DNA of 64,000 nt from Cenarchaeum sp. (lineage in GTDB: Archaea > Thermoproteota > Nitrososphaeria > Nitrososphaerales > Nitrosopumilaceae), in contig OY843584.1 in the NCBI GenBank assembly GCA_963692915.1, forward strand, positions 64,001 to 128,000, written 5' to 3'. Below the pieces are notes generated by a model, which was given only the letters and a program-made list of their open reading frames with translations, did no database searches and had not been told where the DNA came from. Position 1 is the stretch's first letter. Each line of letters begins with the position of its first letter. Shown piece after piece: positions 10,226 through 19,607 of the stretch. Both the position numbers and the translations under genes were made by a program.

Positions 10226-10887
10226 AGATCTTTCTTGACACTGCAAACATCGATGCCATACGCGAGTACAATGACATGGGTCTAGTCGATGGCATCACGA
10301 CAAACCCCACGCTCCTGGCTCGCGAGGGCGGCGACCCTGCAGCTGCAATGGCCGAGATTGCAAAGATCATCGAGGGCGATGTCAGCCTTGAAGTCGTCGC
10401 GACTGACCATGACGGAATGGTCGCCGAGGGAATGCGCCTACGTGAGTACGGCGAGAACGTCGTCGTAAAGTGCCCAATGACTCCTGACGGGCTAAAGGCG
10501 TGCAAGACGCTCGTCTCGCGTGACATACCGGTCAACATTACGCTAATCTTTTCTGCAAACCAGGCGATCCTTGCCGCAAAGGCTGGCGCAAAGTACATCA
10601 GTCCGTTCATCGGCAGGATTGATGACACGAGCCACGACGGCATGGTTCTAGTCGAGGATATCATCGAGTCGCTCTCAAACTATGACTATGAAGCCGAGGT
10701 CCTAGTCGCCAGCGTGCGCCACCCCGTGCATGTGGTTGATGCCGCAAAGCTCGGAGCCGACGTCGTGACGCTCCCGCCTGCGGTTCTTGGCAAGATGCTG
10801 CGCCACCCGCTCACCGACATTGGCCTAAAGGCGTTCCTCAAGGACTGGGAGTCGCTCAAAAAGTCCTCACCTGGCGCAAAGATCTAG
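10222..10887 (+). CDS. tal: Transaldolase / fructose-6-phosphate aldolase family
   Basis: FLDTAN, GITTNPTL, VVKCPMT, YISPFIGR, LVASVR; overlaps transketolase stop. Confidence 0.9.
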   Translation: MKIFLDTANIDAIREYNDMGLVDGITTNPTLLAREGGDPAAAMAEIAKIIEGDVSLEVVATDHDGMVAEGMRLREYGENVVVKCPMTPDGLKACKTLVSRDIPVNITLIFSANQAILAAKAGAKYISPFIGRIDDTSHDGMVLVEDIIESLSNYDYEAEVLVASVRHPVHVVDAAKLGADVVTLPPAVLGKMLRHPLTDIGLKAFLKDWESLKKSSPGAKI

Positions 10888-11189
10888 ACGCCGAGCGCCT
10901 CGGCCTTTGTCATCTCTAGAAAGACCTTGTCGCCAACAGAGAGGTTCATCTTTTTGTACTCGTGGATGTCAAGGCGTATCGACGTGAGGCCGGCCATGTT
11001 TCCGGCGAACATCTTGTTGATGTCCTTCATCATGTCACCCATGTTGGTAAACCCCATTACTTTTGTGCCAGGCGGCGACTGTGGCGAGCGAGCCTCTTGG
11101 AGATCCTTGGCCGAGGAGAGCGAGACTATGACATGCGGCGAGCCGTCGCCGGCTGAGTCTATGCTCTTTATGACAAACTCCTTCTTCAT
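10884..11189 (-). CDS. Hypothetical protein
   Basis: Coding-like ORF MKKEFVIKSID...LSVGDKVFLEM, stop overlaps that of tal. Confidence 0.7.
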   Translation of the reverse strand: MKKEFVIKSIDSAGDGSPHVIVSLSSAKDLQEARSPQSPPGTKVMGFTNMGDMMKDINKMFAGNMAGLTSIRLDIHEYKKMNLSVGDKVFLEMTKAEALGV

Positions 11190-11497
11190 GGAGTGGGCGC
11201 GCTGCTCCTCATTGGGCCCCATGGTCGGGGACGCGCGCGCGCGGTAATTTAAACTAGCGAGCGCGGGGCGCCTATCGGCTCGCTAGGGCAGTGCACCGTG
11301 GAGCGCGTTTGTGTATGTGGCCATGCGCCAGTCGCCCGGCCATGCGTGCTGACTGTGGCTCCGCACGGCCTCTGATCACCGTGGTCGCCATGGGGGGAGT
11401 GGGGGCATGTGGCCTGCCGCAGCCTGGCCCGTTCTGCCCGTGCGACCCCGGCGGCGCGTGCGCACACTCTTAAGTCCCATGCACGCCTGCGCGTGCC

Positions 11498-11689
11498 GTG
11501 AAGTCTGCCGAGAGCGAGTGGGTGAGCCTGCTAGCCGAGGTCTTTGAGCGGTTGAGCGCGGCCAACGCAACGATAACGTATGACTTTCATGACGTGACAT
11601 TTGAGGCCGACAGAGTTGAGGCCGGCGGCAAATCGCTACCTAGTGGCAAGGTTCGCATCAACGGCAAGATCACCATAACGTCAGGGTGA
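11498..11689 (+). CDS. Small hypothetical protein
   Basis: Protein-like composition, CTTAAG upstream, followed after 1 nt by next ORF. Confidence 0.65.
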   Translation: MKSAESEWVSLLAEVFERLSAANATITYDFHDVTFEADRVEAGGKSLPSGKVRINGKITITSG

Positions 11690-11690
11690 C

Positions 11691-12080
11691 ATGGTGGACA
11701 CGATGCTTCCGGCAGACATTATCAGCATGCTAGAGTCTGGAACCATCACGGTCAGCGAGGCCGGCACTCGCGCCGTCGAGGTGAGCGCCAATGACCATGA
11801 AGTAAAGGTCGACATTGTGAGCCTGCCGGGGGCCGTTCCGGCCGCCTCGCGGGTTCTCACAACGCTATCCGATGCGCGTGGCCTGGCGCGCTCGCTCAAC
11901 GAGCGCGGCATCACACTTACCGTGTGCAGCTCGAGCCGCCCTGTCATAAGGCTCGGCAGGCGCGCCAAGCCGCGCATGTCACGCCTCCTGACGCGCAGCG
12001 GTGATGTCGAGGTGACTGACCTGCGCGAGCTGCGCAGGCTTGACAGGCGCCTTCGGGCTGCCGGCGAGTCGCAACATTAA
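11691..12080 (+). CDS. Hypothetical protein
   Basis: Operonic with previous ORF; GGTGA SD-like sequence upstream. Confidence 0.65.
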   Translation: MVDTMLPADIISMLESGTITVSEAGTRAVEVSANDHEVKVDIVSLPGAVPAASRVLTTLSDARGLARSLNERGITLTVCSSSRPVIRLGRRAKPRMSRLLTRSGDVEVTDLRELRRLDRRLRAAGESQH

Positions 12081-12110
12081 ACAACACGTGCGTGCGCAGC
12101 CGCGTCGGCA

Positions 12111-12812
12111 ATGGCGCAGTTTGGCACGCGGGAGATTGATCGACTTATCGACGCAGGTGTGGGTGATGCCGACGAGCTGCGCCAGATTAGGCGCGCAATT
12201 ATGCGCGACGAGGTGGTCTCCGCCGCCGAGCACGAGTATGCTATGCGCCTCATTGCTGCCCACCTAAGACCACGAAAGGACAGGATACGCAGCAAGCCGC
12301 AAAGCCCACCACGCGTATCGCCTAGGCCGACGCCTCCAGTCAGGCCCGCAGCAGAGCCGCCGAAAAGGCGATGGCGCGTGATTCGCATTGCCGGCTCGAT
12401 TGTGGGCCGCGTGCGCCAAAGGCCGGCAAAAAAGACCGTCATTATCGCCATGATCATTGTCGCAATTGCAGTCTCTGCGGGCGCATATGGCATGTCCATT
12501 ACTGCAGGCACGGGAACGGCGCTGCAGCGTGATGGTGACGTAATGCTGTACACTGACAGGGGCGCATACGCTCAAGGCGAGGTCATCGTCGTTAGTGGAC
12601 GCGCCGAACCGGGCTCTGCAGTCTCGCTTGAGATAGGAGGTCCGGGCGGGACGCTCTGGGAAAAGACTGCAATTGCCGGATCAGACGGGTCATACTCGGC
12701 CATGACGTTTGCCGGTGGGGACAGATGGCAGGCCGGCTCGTCGCATACCGTGAGCGCAACAGGATCAGACGGCAAGCACGCCGTCGAGTTTCTCTTTGGC
12801 GCGACGCCCTAG
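12111..12812 (+). CDS. Membrane-anchored protein with C-terminal Ig-like beta domain
   Basis: Helical N-terminus, Pro/Arg linker, single TM (VIIAMIIVAIAVSAGAY), TDRGAYAQGEVIVVSG beta-sandwich motif. Confidence 0.7.
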   Translation: MAQFGTREIDRLIDAGVGDADELRQIRRAIMRDEVVSAAEHEYAMRLIAAHLRPRKDRIRSKPQSPPRVSPRPTPPVRPAAEPPKRRWRVIRIAGSIVGRVRQRPAKKTVIIAMIIVAIAVSAGAYGMSITAGTGTALQRDGDVMLYTDRGAYAQGEVIVVSGRAEPGSAVSLEIGGPGGTLWEKTAIAGSDGSYSAMTFAGGDRWQAGSSHTVSATGSDGKHAVEFLFGATP

Positions 12813-13270
12813 TGGTGGCCGACTAGGCCATAGCGGTGCTCCTCCTCTAGGAGCTCCGTTACGAGCTCGGCGTTGGAGACGCGTCGCGCCGGTGCCTCAA
12901 AAAAGCCGAGCCTGCCGGCGCACGGAACTGCGACTCGAAATTTCTTGGCACCGCGCAGCTCAAAGCCGTATATGGGCCTGCGCGAGCTGAGCATTGCGCG
13001 CGTGGCGCAATGACGAGCCGAGTCTGCCATTGCGGCGGCAATCGACGGGTACCTTGTGACTCCGTGCAGCACTGCACTGCCAATGATCGCGCCGGTCACG
13101 AGCGTCGGGCGCGGGATCCCTAGGCGCGCACAGTCATCGATCCTGGTGCGGCGTGGCGCATGGACTAGAAACTCGCCACGAAACTTTGTGTTCCACGAGC
13201 GCAGCTCGATCGTCTTTGTGCCCGAGACGACAAGCTCGGCGTACGGCTGTGATATCGAGAGGCACTTCAT
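12809..13270 (-). CDS. ASCH domain protein
   Basis: LSISQPYAELVVSGTKTIELRSW (GxKxxExR). Confidence 0.9.
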   Translation of the reverse strand: MKCLSISQPYAELVVSGTKTIELRSWNTKFRGEFLVHAPRRTRIDDCARLGIPRPTLVTGAIIGSAVLHGVTRYPSIAAAMADSARHCATRAMLSSRRPIYGFELRGAKKFRVAVPCAGRLGFFEAPARRVSNAELVTELLEEEHRYGLVGHH

Positions 13271-13352
13271 GCGCGCACGCACACAGCCCACCCATGTTTT
13301 AGTCGTTTGCGCCGACGCTAAGGTACGGCCTTGCCGCGACCCCGCCGAACCG

Positions 13353-14003
13353 CTATTTTGGAGTCCCGAGCTTTAGGTCGACGTTTGGCGCGTCGGCGGC
13401 TCCGGGAATCGTGATTAGCCCGCCGCCGCGTAGCTGCTCGATGAGCTGCATGACCTCCTTTTCGACCTGGCCGCGCTCATATCCGGTGCTCTTTGCAAAG
13501 AGCCCAACTAGCTCGGTTATCTTGCGTTGCCCGTTGCACGACTTCCAAAAGTCGACTATTGCCTGGTTTACCATGAATGCCTGCTCGTGCTCGTTGATCA
13601 GCGCAAGTGCGCCGTCCTCCTGCTGCGAGAGCTTGCCCGTGCCCTGCGGCATTGCGCGCTCGTAGTCTATTGGTGCCGGAGTGGAGCCGCCAGCACCCAT
13701 GCCTTTTAGCGACTCCCTTGCCTCCTTGGACATGCGATCCATGGTCCACGCCGGCTCCCAGACGACGTCGACCTTTACGTCGTTGACGCCGGGCACCTTT
13801 TTGATGTACCGTGTCGTGTCCTGCACGAGCGTGTCGTGCAGGGGACAGCCGCGCGTCGTCATTGTCATCTTTACGTTGACATTGTCGGCGTTATCGACGT
13901 CGATGCCGTATATGAGGCCCATGTCGACTATGTTTATCGGTATCTCGGGATCCATGCACTGCCGAAGCGAGTCCTCGACGGCCTTTGCGCTGACTGTGCC
14001 CAT
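13353..14003 (-). CDS. DUF59/SufT-type Fe-S assembly domain fused to PqqD-like C-terminal domain
   Basis: DPEIPINIVDMGLIY, MTMTTRGCP, VWEPAW; C-terminal VNQAIVDFWKSCNGQRKITEL winged-helix pattern. Confidence 0.8.
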   Translation of the reverse strand: MGTVSAKAVEDSLRQCMDPEIPINIVDMGLIYGIDVDNADNVNVKMTMTTRGCPLHDTLVQDTTRYIKKVPGVNDVKVDVVWEPAWTMDRMSKEARESLKGMGAGGSTPAPIDYERAMPQGTGKLSQQEDGALALINEHEQAFMVNQAIVDFWKSCNGQRKITELVGLFAKSTGYERGQVEKEVMQLIEQLRGGGLITIPGAADAPNVDLKLGTPK

Positions 14004-14042
14004 GGTGGCCTGCGCGCCAAAAATGGCTTAAAAACTCTTTTG

Positions 14043-15089
14043 CTATTTAGCTTCGAATAACGCCGCTATCGAGGCCTCTAGGGGGGCCACAGCCACACCG
14101 CGCTCTGTGATGATGCCCGTGATGAGGCCGGGGGGCGTCATGTCAAATGCGGGGTTTATCACGCCGACTCCCTCTGGTGCCGTGCGCCTGCCGCCTATGC
14201 CGGTGACCTCCTCGGCGCCGCGCTGCTCTATGGCAATGTCCTCGGGCGCGGACTCCATGTCAAACGTCGATATCGGCGCCGCAACATAGAACGGCACGCC
14301 GTGCGCGTGGGCCATCGTGGCGACCTGGTACGTGCCGATCTTGTTGAACACGTGGCCAGTTCGAAGAACCCTGTCGGCCCCGACTATGACCTTGTTGACC
14401 ATGTTGTGCGCCATCGCATAGCCGACTGCCGTGTCAGGTATCAGGCTGACGTCAATCCCGTCATGGCGGAGCTCAAAGGCCGTGAGGCGCGAGCCCTGCT
14501 GAACGGGCCGCGTCTCAGTCGCTATTACGCTGACGCCCTTGCCGCCATCGCGCGCGGCGCGAATGGTTCCAAGGGCTGTCCCGTACGCGACGGTGGCTAG
14601 CGCACCTGCATTGCAGTGAGTCATTACCGTGTCGCCATCGTCAATCAGGGCCGCGCCATGCCTGCCCATCTTGATGTTTGTGCTAATGTCATCGCGAGCC
14701 ATTGTGACTGCGGCCTCCTCGACTGCCCGCCGGATCGACTCTGCGTCCTCGCCGCCCTGTCGTGCTGCCTCCATTGCGCGATCAAGCGCCCAGCGCAGGT
14801 TTACTGCAGTGGGGCGTGTTGAGACGAGCGTCTCGTGCGCGCGCAAGAGATCCTCGAGCATCGCTTCGCGTGAGTCCGCCTTGGACTGTTGTGCGGCCAG
14901 GGCCATGCCAAACGCGCCGGCCACGCCGATCGCCGGCGCACCACGGACCACGAGCGTCCTTATCGCTTCGGCTACTGCCTCGTGCGTATCTAGCTCTACG
15001 TGCTCTAGGCGGCCGGGCAGCAGCGTCTGGTCGATCATGACTAGCCTGCCGTCTCTCCACTCCACGGTCTTGAGCCCCACGTTGCCCAT
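14043..15089 (-). CDS. mtnA: S-methyl-5-thioribose-1-phosphate isomerase (eIF2B-like family)
   Basis: DQTLLP, VRGAPAIG, RPTAVNL, THCNAGALAT, ETRP..QGSRLT, NPAFDMTP. Confidence 0.92.
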   Translation of the reverse strand: MGNVGLKTVEWRDGRLVMIDQTLLPGRLEHVELDTHEAVAEAIRTLVVRGAPAIGVAGAFGMALAAQQSKADSREAMLEDLLRAHETLVSTRPTAVNLRWALDRAMEAARQGGEDAESIRRAVEEAAVTMARDDISTNIKMGRHGAALIDDGDTVMTHCNAGALATVAYGTALGTIRAARDGGKGVSVIATETRPVQQGSRLTAFELRHDGIDVSLIPDTAVGYAMAHNMVNKVIVGADRVLRTGHVFNKIGTYQVATMAHAHGVPFYVAAPISTFDMESAPEDIAIEQRGAEEVTGIGGRRTAPEGVGVINPAFDMTPPGLITGIITERGVAVAPLEASIAALFEAK

Positions 15090-15169
15090 GCGTGGCGAGG
15101 GTCATCCCGCATTGCTTTAAATGAATCCCGCCGACGCGCGCGCGCCATGTGCGGCGTTGTGATATGCCC

Positions 15170-16186
15170 ATGATCGACGCGGCTGCCGTGGAGACGATAG
15201 ACACGCATGGCATGGCACGCGCGTACTCGCGATGGCCAGAGATGGCGCGCGAGGCGTACGCCTCGGTGAGGGAGCGCTCTGATGGCCCGCTGCCGCACCA
15301 CGTGGTGCTAGCCGGCATGGGCGGCTCGGGGGCCATCAGCGACCTTTTCGAGTCGGTTCTCTCTGGTGATGACATACATGTTGATGTCGTAAAGGGGTAT
15401 CACCTCCCGCGCACCGCCGGCCCCGGCACGCTAGTCGTGGCCACGAGCATATCGGGCAACACGGCCGAGACGATGAGCGTCCTGCGCCTCGCCGTCGATG
15501 CTGGATGCCGGACCGTGTCGTTCTCTGATGGCGGCCTGCTCGGCGAGTATTGCTCAAAGCGGGGCCTTGCGCACACGCGCGTGCGCATGGAGCACTCGCC
15601 GCGGGCCTCGATGCCGGCGTTTCTCTACACTATGCTCGCCGCTCTAGGCGACGAGCTGCCGATTCGGGATGCTGACGTTGGCGAGTCGATGTCGGTTCTC
15701 GCCGAGATTGCGCCAAGCGTCTCGCGGCCAGAACTCGCAGCTCAGAACGCCTCGCTCTCGCTTGCCGAGTGGCTTCCGGACATCCCGCTCGTCTACTATC
15801 CGTGGGGCCTGCGCGCGGCGGCCATACGCTTCAAGAACTCGCTGCAAGAGAACGCAAAGACGCACGCGATGGCCGAGGACGTCATGGAGGCGTGCCACAA
15901 CGGCATTGTCGCCTGGATGCGCGACTCGCGCGTTCGCCCAATACTCATTCGCGGCGGCGATGACCATGAAAAGACAAAGGAGCGCTGGGATATACTCGAG
16001 GACTTTTTTATGCAGCACGGCATATCGCACAGGGTCGTCACCGCACCGGGCAAGTCAATCCTAGCGCGCCTCGTTGGGCTGATGTACATGCTAGACTATG
16101 CGTCAATATACAGGGCAGTGATGCTTGGGGTGGATCCCACGCCAGTCGGGCCGATCGAGTACGTCAAGGGACGCCTCTCGCCCTAG
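15170..16186 (+). CDS. Bifunctional phosphoglucose/phosphomannose isomerase (SIS domain)
   Basis: GMGGSG, SISGNTAET, SPRAS, RFKNSLQENAK, EACHN, GVDPTPV. Confidence 0.88.
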   Translation: MIDAAAVETIDTHGMARAYSRWPEMAREAYASVRERSDGPLPHHVVLAGMGGSGAISDLFESVLSGDDIHVDVVKGYHLPRTAGPGTLVVATSISGNTAETMSVLRLAVDAGCRTVSFSDGGLLGEYCSKRGLAHTRVRMEHSPRASMPAFLYTMLAALGDELPIRDADVGESMSVLAEIAPSVSRPELAAQNASLSLAEWLPDIPLVYYPWGLRAAAIRFKNSLQENAKTHAMAEDVMEACHNGIVAWMRDSRVRPILIRGGDDHEKTKERWDILEDFFMQHGISHRVVTAPGKSILARLVGLMYMLDYASIYRAVMLGVDPTPVGPIEYVKGRLSP

Positions 16187-16992
16187 CCCTCGCGCGAGCG
16201 CCTGATGTCTCCCTCGTACTTGCGGTTTATCGCGCGCGCGTTTGGGATCTTTTTGAGATATGCGTCATTTATCTCCTTTACCTGCTTGATCCTCCTGCTG
16301 TTGACTAGGTTCAGGTTTGGTATGACGCAGTGGCCGCCAATGTATCCGGGGAACATCTTTGGGCGGTTTTTCAAAAACTTGTGTATGGGCTCGGCGTACT
16401 GCCACATCTCGTCATAGTCGACCCCGTGCTCGCGCGCGATTAGGTTTGTCAGCTGAGCATAGTTGATGAGCCATCCATAGTATGACGTGTCGCAGAGAAC
16501 CTTTGCAAGCTCTAGCGTTTTCGGGCTCGACATGCGCCTTGTCCTGATGCCGCACTTGCGCATCGTCCGGCGATAGAGTGATGCTGCCCACTCGCGCCGT
16601 GGCGCGGATCGCTCAACAGAATAGAACTTTGTGTACCGCCTTATGTCCTGAACCATCCTGCGGTGAACCCCACTCGTCGCGCTATACACCACAGGTATGT
16701 CCAGGGAGCCCTGCAGCGCGCGTGTCGTGCCAGGGCTGACCGTGCTGTGTATGGCGACGCATGTGGGGGAGAACATTTCTACGAGTTTTGTGACGTCGCG
16801 CGCAAACGACGGCGTGAACGGTATGCAGACGTGGAGCAGCGAGCACTCGACGCTGTCGGGGCAGTCTGCGCGCCTCATCTTTTGCGAGTCAATGTCATAG
16901 CCCATGGTGGGAAGTTCCTTTCGCAGTATGCGCGATATGGGTTTGCCAATCTCGCCGAGGCCGGCGACAATGTTGTGCTTCGTGCGGCTCAT
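16183..16992 (-). CDS. NDP-sugar dehydrogenase-like protein (UDP-glucose/GDP-mannose dehydrogenase family, short form)
   Basis: AGLGEIG Rossmann motif, HSTVSPGTT, ELAK, GYIGGHCVIPN. Confidence 0.8.
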   Translation of the reverse strand: MSRTKHNIVAGLGEIGKPISRILRKELPTMGYDIDSQKMRRADCPDSVECSLLHVCIPFTPSFARDVTKLVEMFSPTCVAIHSTVSPGTTRALQGSLDIPVVYSATSGVHRRMVQDIRRYTKFYSVERSAPRREWAASLYRRTMRKCGIRTRRMSSPKTLELAKVLCDTSYYGWLINYAQLTNLIAREHGVDYDEMWQYAEPIHKFLKNRPKMFPGYIGGHCVIPNLNLVNSRRIKQVKEINDAYLKKIPNARAINRKYEGDIRRSREG

Positions 16993-17030
16993 GCAGGCCT
17001 CGCCCGTTAATTAACCGTGTGGGCCGCGCG

Positions 17031-17948
17031 CTAGTCCCACGCGAGGTCGCGCCCGATGAGCCTGTAGAGCTCGGCGTTGGGCCGGCGATAGTACTCGGAG
17101 AGGCGCGCCCTAGTCTGCTCGTCGATGCCCTCACCGCCATCTCCAATGTTGCGCTTTCTTGCGTCGCGCAGCCTGTGGCGCCGAATCCCGACAAAGTCAG
17201 TCACGCGGTCAGTCGTGCCCTGCGCGTCGGCCTTTAGCTCCTCGCTGTCAAGGACGAGAACCCTGCCGGGACACGCCTTGAGCCACGCGCCTAGCCATCT
17301 CGCATAGCAGCCGTTGCGCGCGTACCCGTAGCCAAAATATGCCCTGCTATAGTACGATCCGTCACGCTCCATCCTTTCGTACTCACCGGCGATCCTCGAC
17401 TCCTCGCGCCCTATGGCCTCGGCAAACGGGAGCTCCTCGGTCACCTCGGGTGAGACGCGCACGTTCATGCGATAGTGAGAGTATGCGCGCTCGATGGGGT
17501 CTCGCACGAGCGCTATGAACTTGGCATCCGGCGTGACGTCGGCTATGCGGCTCATCGCGTGCGGGTGGTTGACATATCTCACCGAGGCGTCTATGACTAT
17601 GGATCTGTGTCCAGTCCTGCGCTCATGGAGCGCCTTTTGGATCTTTAGCGGAAAGTTTGACTTGTACCAGTTGAGGCCGCGCCTGTATCGCTCGTCATGC
17701 GCAAAGTACCTGACCTCCTTTAGGAGGCCAACATGGACGTCGGGGTGTTCGGCGAGGTACGCGTGGAGCGACGTCGTGCCGCATTTTGGAAAGCCAATAA
17801 TGTACACGTTGGGCAGCATGTGGAGTGGGCCGACGATCCGGCCGTACGTGATGTGCAGCGATCGCGCAATGCGGTATGCGCGCCGGTGCGGCGCTAGCCT
17901 GCCTTGGACGCGCATCTTTGCGAGGCTGATCCGGCCACCACGCCCCAT
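17031..17948 (-). CDS. PAPS-dependent sulfotransferase
   Basis: IGFPKCGTTSL (5'-PSB loop), KEVRYF, RDPIERAYSHY (3'-PB motif); start estimated. Confidence 0.9.
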   Translation of the reverse strand: MGRGGRISLAKMRVQGRLAPHRRAYRIARSLHITYGRIVGPLHMLPNVYIIGFPKCGTTSLHAYLAEHPDVHVGLLKEVRYFAHDERYRRGLNWYKSNFPLKIQKALHERRTGHRSIVIDASVRYVNHPHAMSRIADVTPDAKFIALVRDPIERAYSHYRMNVRVSPEVTEELPFAEAIGREESRIAGEYERMERDGSYYSRAYFGYGYARNGCYARWLGAWLKACPGRVLVLDSEELKADAQGTTDRVTDFVGIRRHRLRDARKRNIGDGGEGIDEQTRARLSEYYRRPNAELYRLIGRDLAWD

Positions 17949-18113
17949 GAGGTCATTGCGCTGCGCGGCGCTTCCGACAATGAGCGGGTCATCTGCGCCC
18001 ATGGGTCTTGTTGCGCGGTGTGATCCTTTAAAGTGTGCCGTGGCAGACCCGTGCCCGTGCACGCACGGATCGGCGAGCTCACTTATAGCCTCGGCACAAG
18101 CGCTGCTCCGGCG

Positions 18114-19607
18114 TTGTCTGGCATCCGCGTGACGTACTCTGGACTCGCCTCCTTTGCGGCCGGCACGATGACGCTGGTCCTCGGCCTGGCCTTTACGCTA
18201 GTCATCGCGCGTGGCTTGCCCATCGAGGAGTATGGCGCGTGGGGCGCGATATGGGCCCTCTTGACGTATGCGCTCCTCCTTGATCCGGTCGTGTCGTACT
18301 GGGCCACGCGCGATGCGGCGCGCGGCATTGCAGTTGCGCGCACGGCAGTCGCTTCCAGTGCAGCGCTCTCTGGTGCGGCAACCGTGGCGTATGTCGCCAT
18401 GGCATACGCGCTGGCTCCGGCCGGAGGAGTCGATGTCAGCATACTTGCGCTCGCCGCAGTCATTGTTCCCTCCGAGATGGTTCGCCGCGCCCTGGCGTCA
18501 ATAACGCTGACTCACCGCCCGCACGGCGTAGAGTATGCGCTCCTTGCCGGCTCGGCCGCAAAGACGATCCTCGCGCTCGCCCTCGTCCTGAGCCTCTCGA
18601 TGGGAATCGGCGGCGTCATCGCCGCGGCTCTTGCCGGCTCGGCCCTCAACGCCGCAATTCTTGCCGCAATGTCGCGCTCTAGGCTAGCCGGCGCGCTTGA
18701 GCCCTCGCGCATACGGCGATGGCTGCGCCTCTCGTGGATACCCGCATGGCGCAACCTCGTGCCACTACTCTCAAAGTCAGACATTGTCGTGTTTACCGTG
18801 ATCACCGGCTCACTCGTCGGCGTCGCGTACTGGATCGCAGCTCGCACGATCGCCCTTGTGGCAGCACACGCCGAACGCGTCAACACGGCGCTCTACCCGA
18901 GCCTCCTTGCCGGAGGCGCACGAGATGGACTGCGCGAAAACCTCGCACTCGTCCTCTACATGGTCTTTCCGCTTGCCGCAATGGCCTCTGCGCTCGCCGA
19001 GCCGGCACTTCGTGCGCTCGGGCCGGCATATGCGGCCGCCGCACCTGCCGTGCCCATACTTGTTGCGCTAGTATCGATGCGCATGGTGACCAACGTGCTT
19101 GCGCGCGCACTCGCCGGAATCGAGGACGTTGATGCCAAAAACGCGACTGCCATCGCGCACGCGCGCAGCCGCCTGTTCTCGATTCCGTCCCTCATCGTAA
19201 TGCAGCGCAGCGCGTACCTTGTCGCACTCGCAGTCATGCTAGTCGCCCTCATGCCACTCGGCATCGACGAGCCAACACTCGTAGTCTATTGGGCCGCCCT
19301 CGCACTGGCCATGCAGGTTCCGCACTTTGCGCACATCTGCGTGATCGCGCGCGGCGAGTTTGCCCTAGTGCGCACGCGATGTGCTGCAGCACACGCGCTG
19401 TGCGCTGCGGCCTCGTTTGGGGCAGTTTACGTGGCATCTGAGCCGCTTCTCCTGGGTCTTGATGGCGCACTAGAGCTTGCGCCACGCATACTGGTCCTCG
19501 CCGTAATCGGCATTGGCGCGTACGGCGCGCTGACATATGCGGCCGATTCGAGGACGCGCGCACTCGCCGGCGCCATCGTGCGCGAGCTGGGGGTCAGACG
19601 CCGATGA
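18114..19607 (+). CDS. Polysaccharide flippase (Wzx/MOP-like exporter)
   Basis: About 12-14 hydrophobic segments, ARGLPIEEYGAW; overlaps GT4 start; TTG start estimated. Confidence 0.8.
   Translation: MSGIRVTYSGLASFAAGTMTLVLGLAFTLVIARGLPIEEYGAWGAIWALLTYALLLDPVVSYWATRDAARGIAVARTAVASSAALSGAATVAYVAMAYALAPAGGVDVSILALAAVIVPSEMVRRALASITLTHRPHGVEYALLAGSAAKTILALALVLSLSMGIGGVIAAALAGSALNAAILAAMSRSRLAGALEPSRIRRWLRLSWIPAWRNLVPLLSKSDIVVFTVITGSLVGVAYWIAARTIALVAAHAERVNTALYPSLLAGGARDGLRENLALVLYMVFPLAAMASALAEPALRALGPAYAAAAPAVPILVALVSMRMVTNVLARALAGIEDVDAKNATAIAHARSRLFSIPSLIVMQRSAYLVALAVMLVALMPLGIDEPTLVVYWAALALAMQVPHFAHICVIARGEFALVRTRCAAAHALCAAASFGAVYVASEPLLLGLDGALELAPRILVLAVIGIGAYGALTYAADSRTRALAGAIVRELGVRRR

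Noticed and set aside
11223-11497. ncRNA or small gene in the ~275-bp intergenic gap
   Set aside because: No recognisable RNA motif or convincing ORF; consistent with divergent promoters
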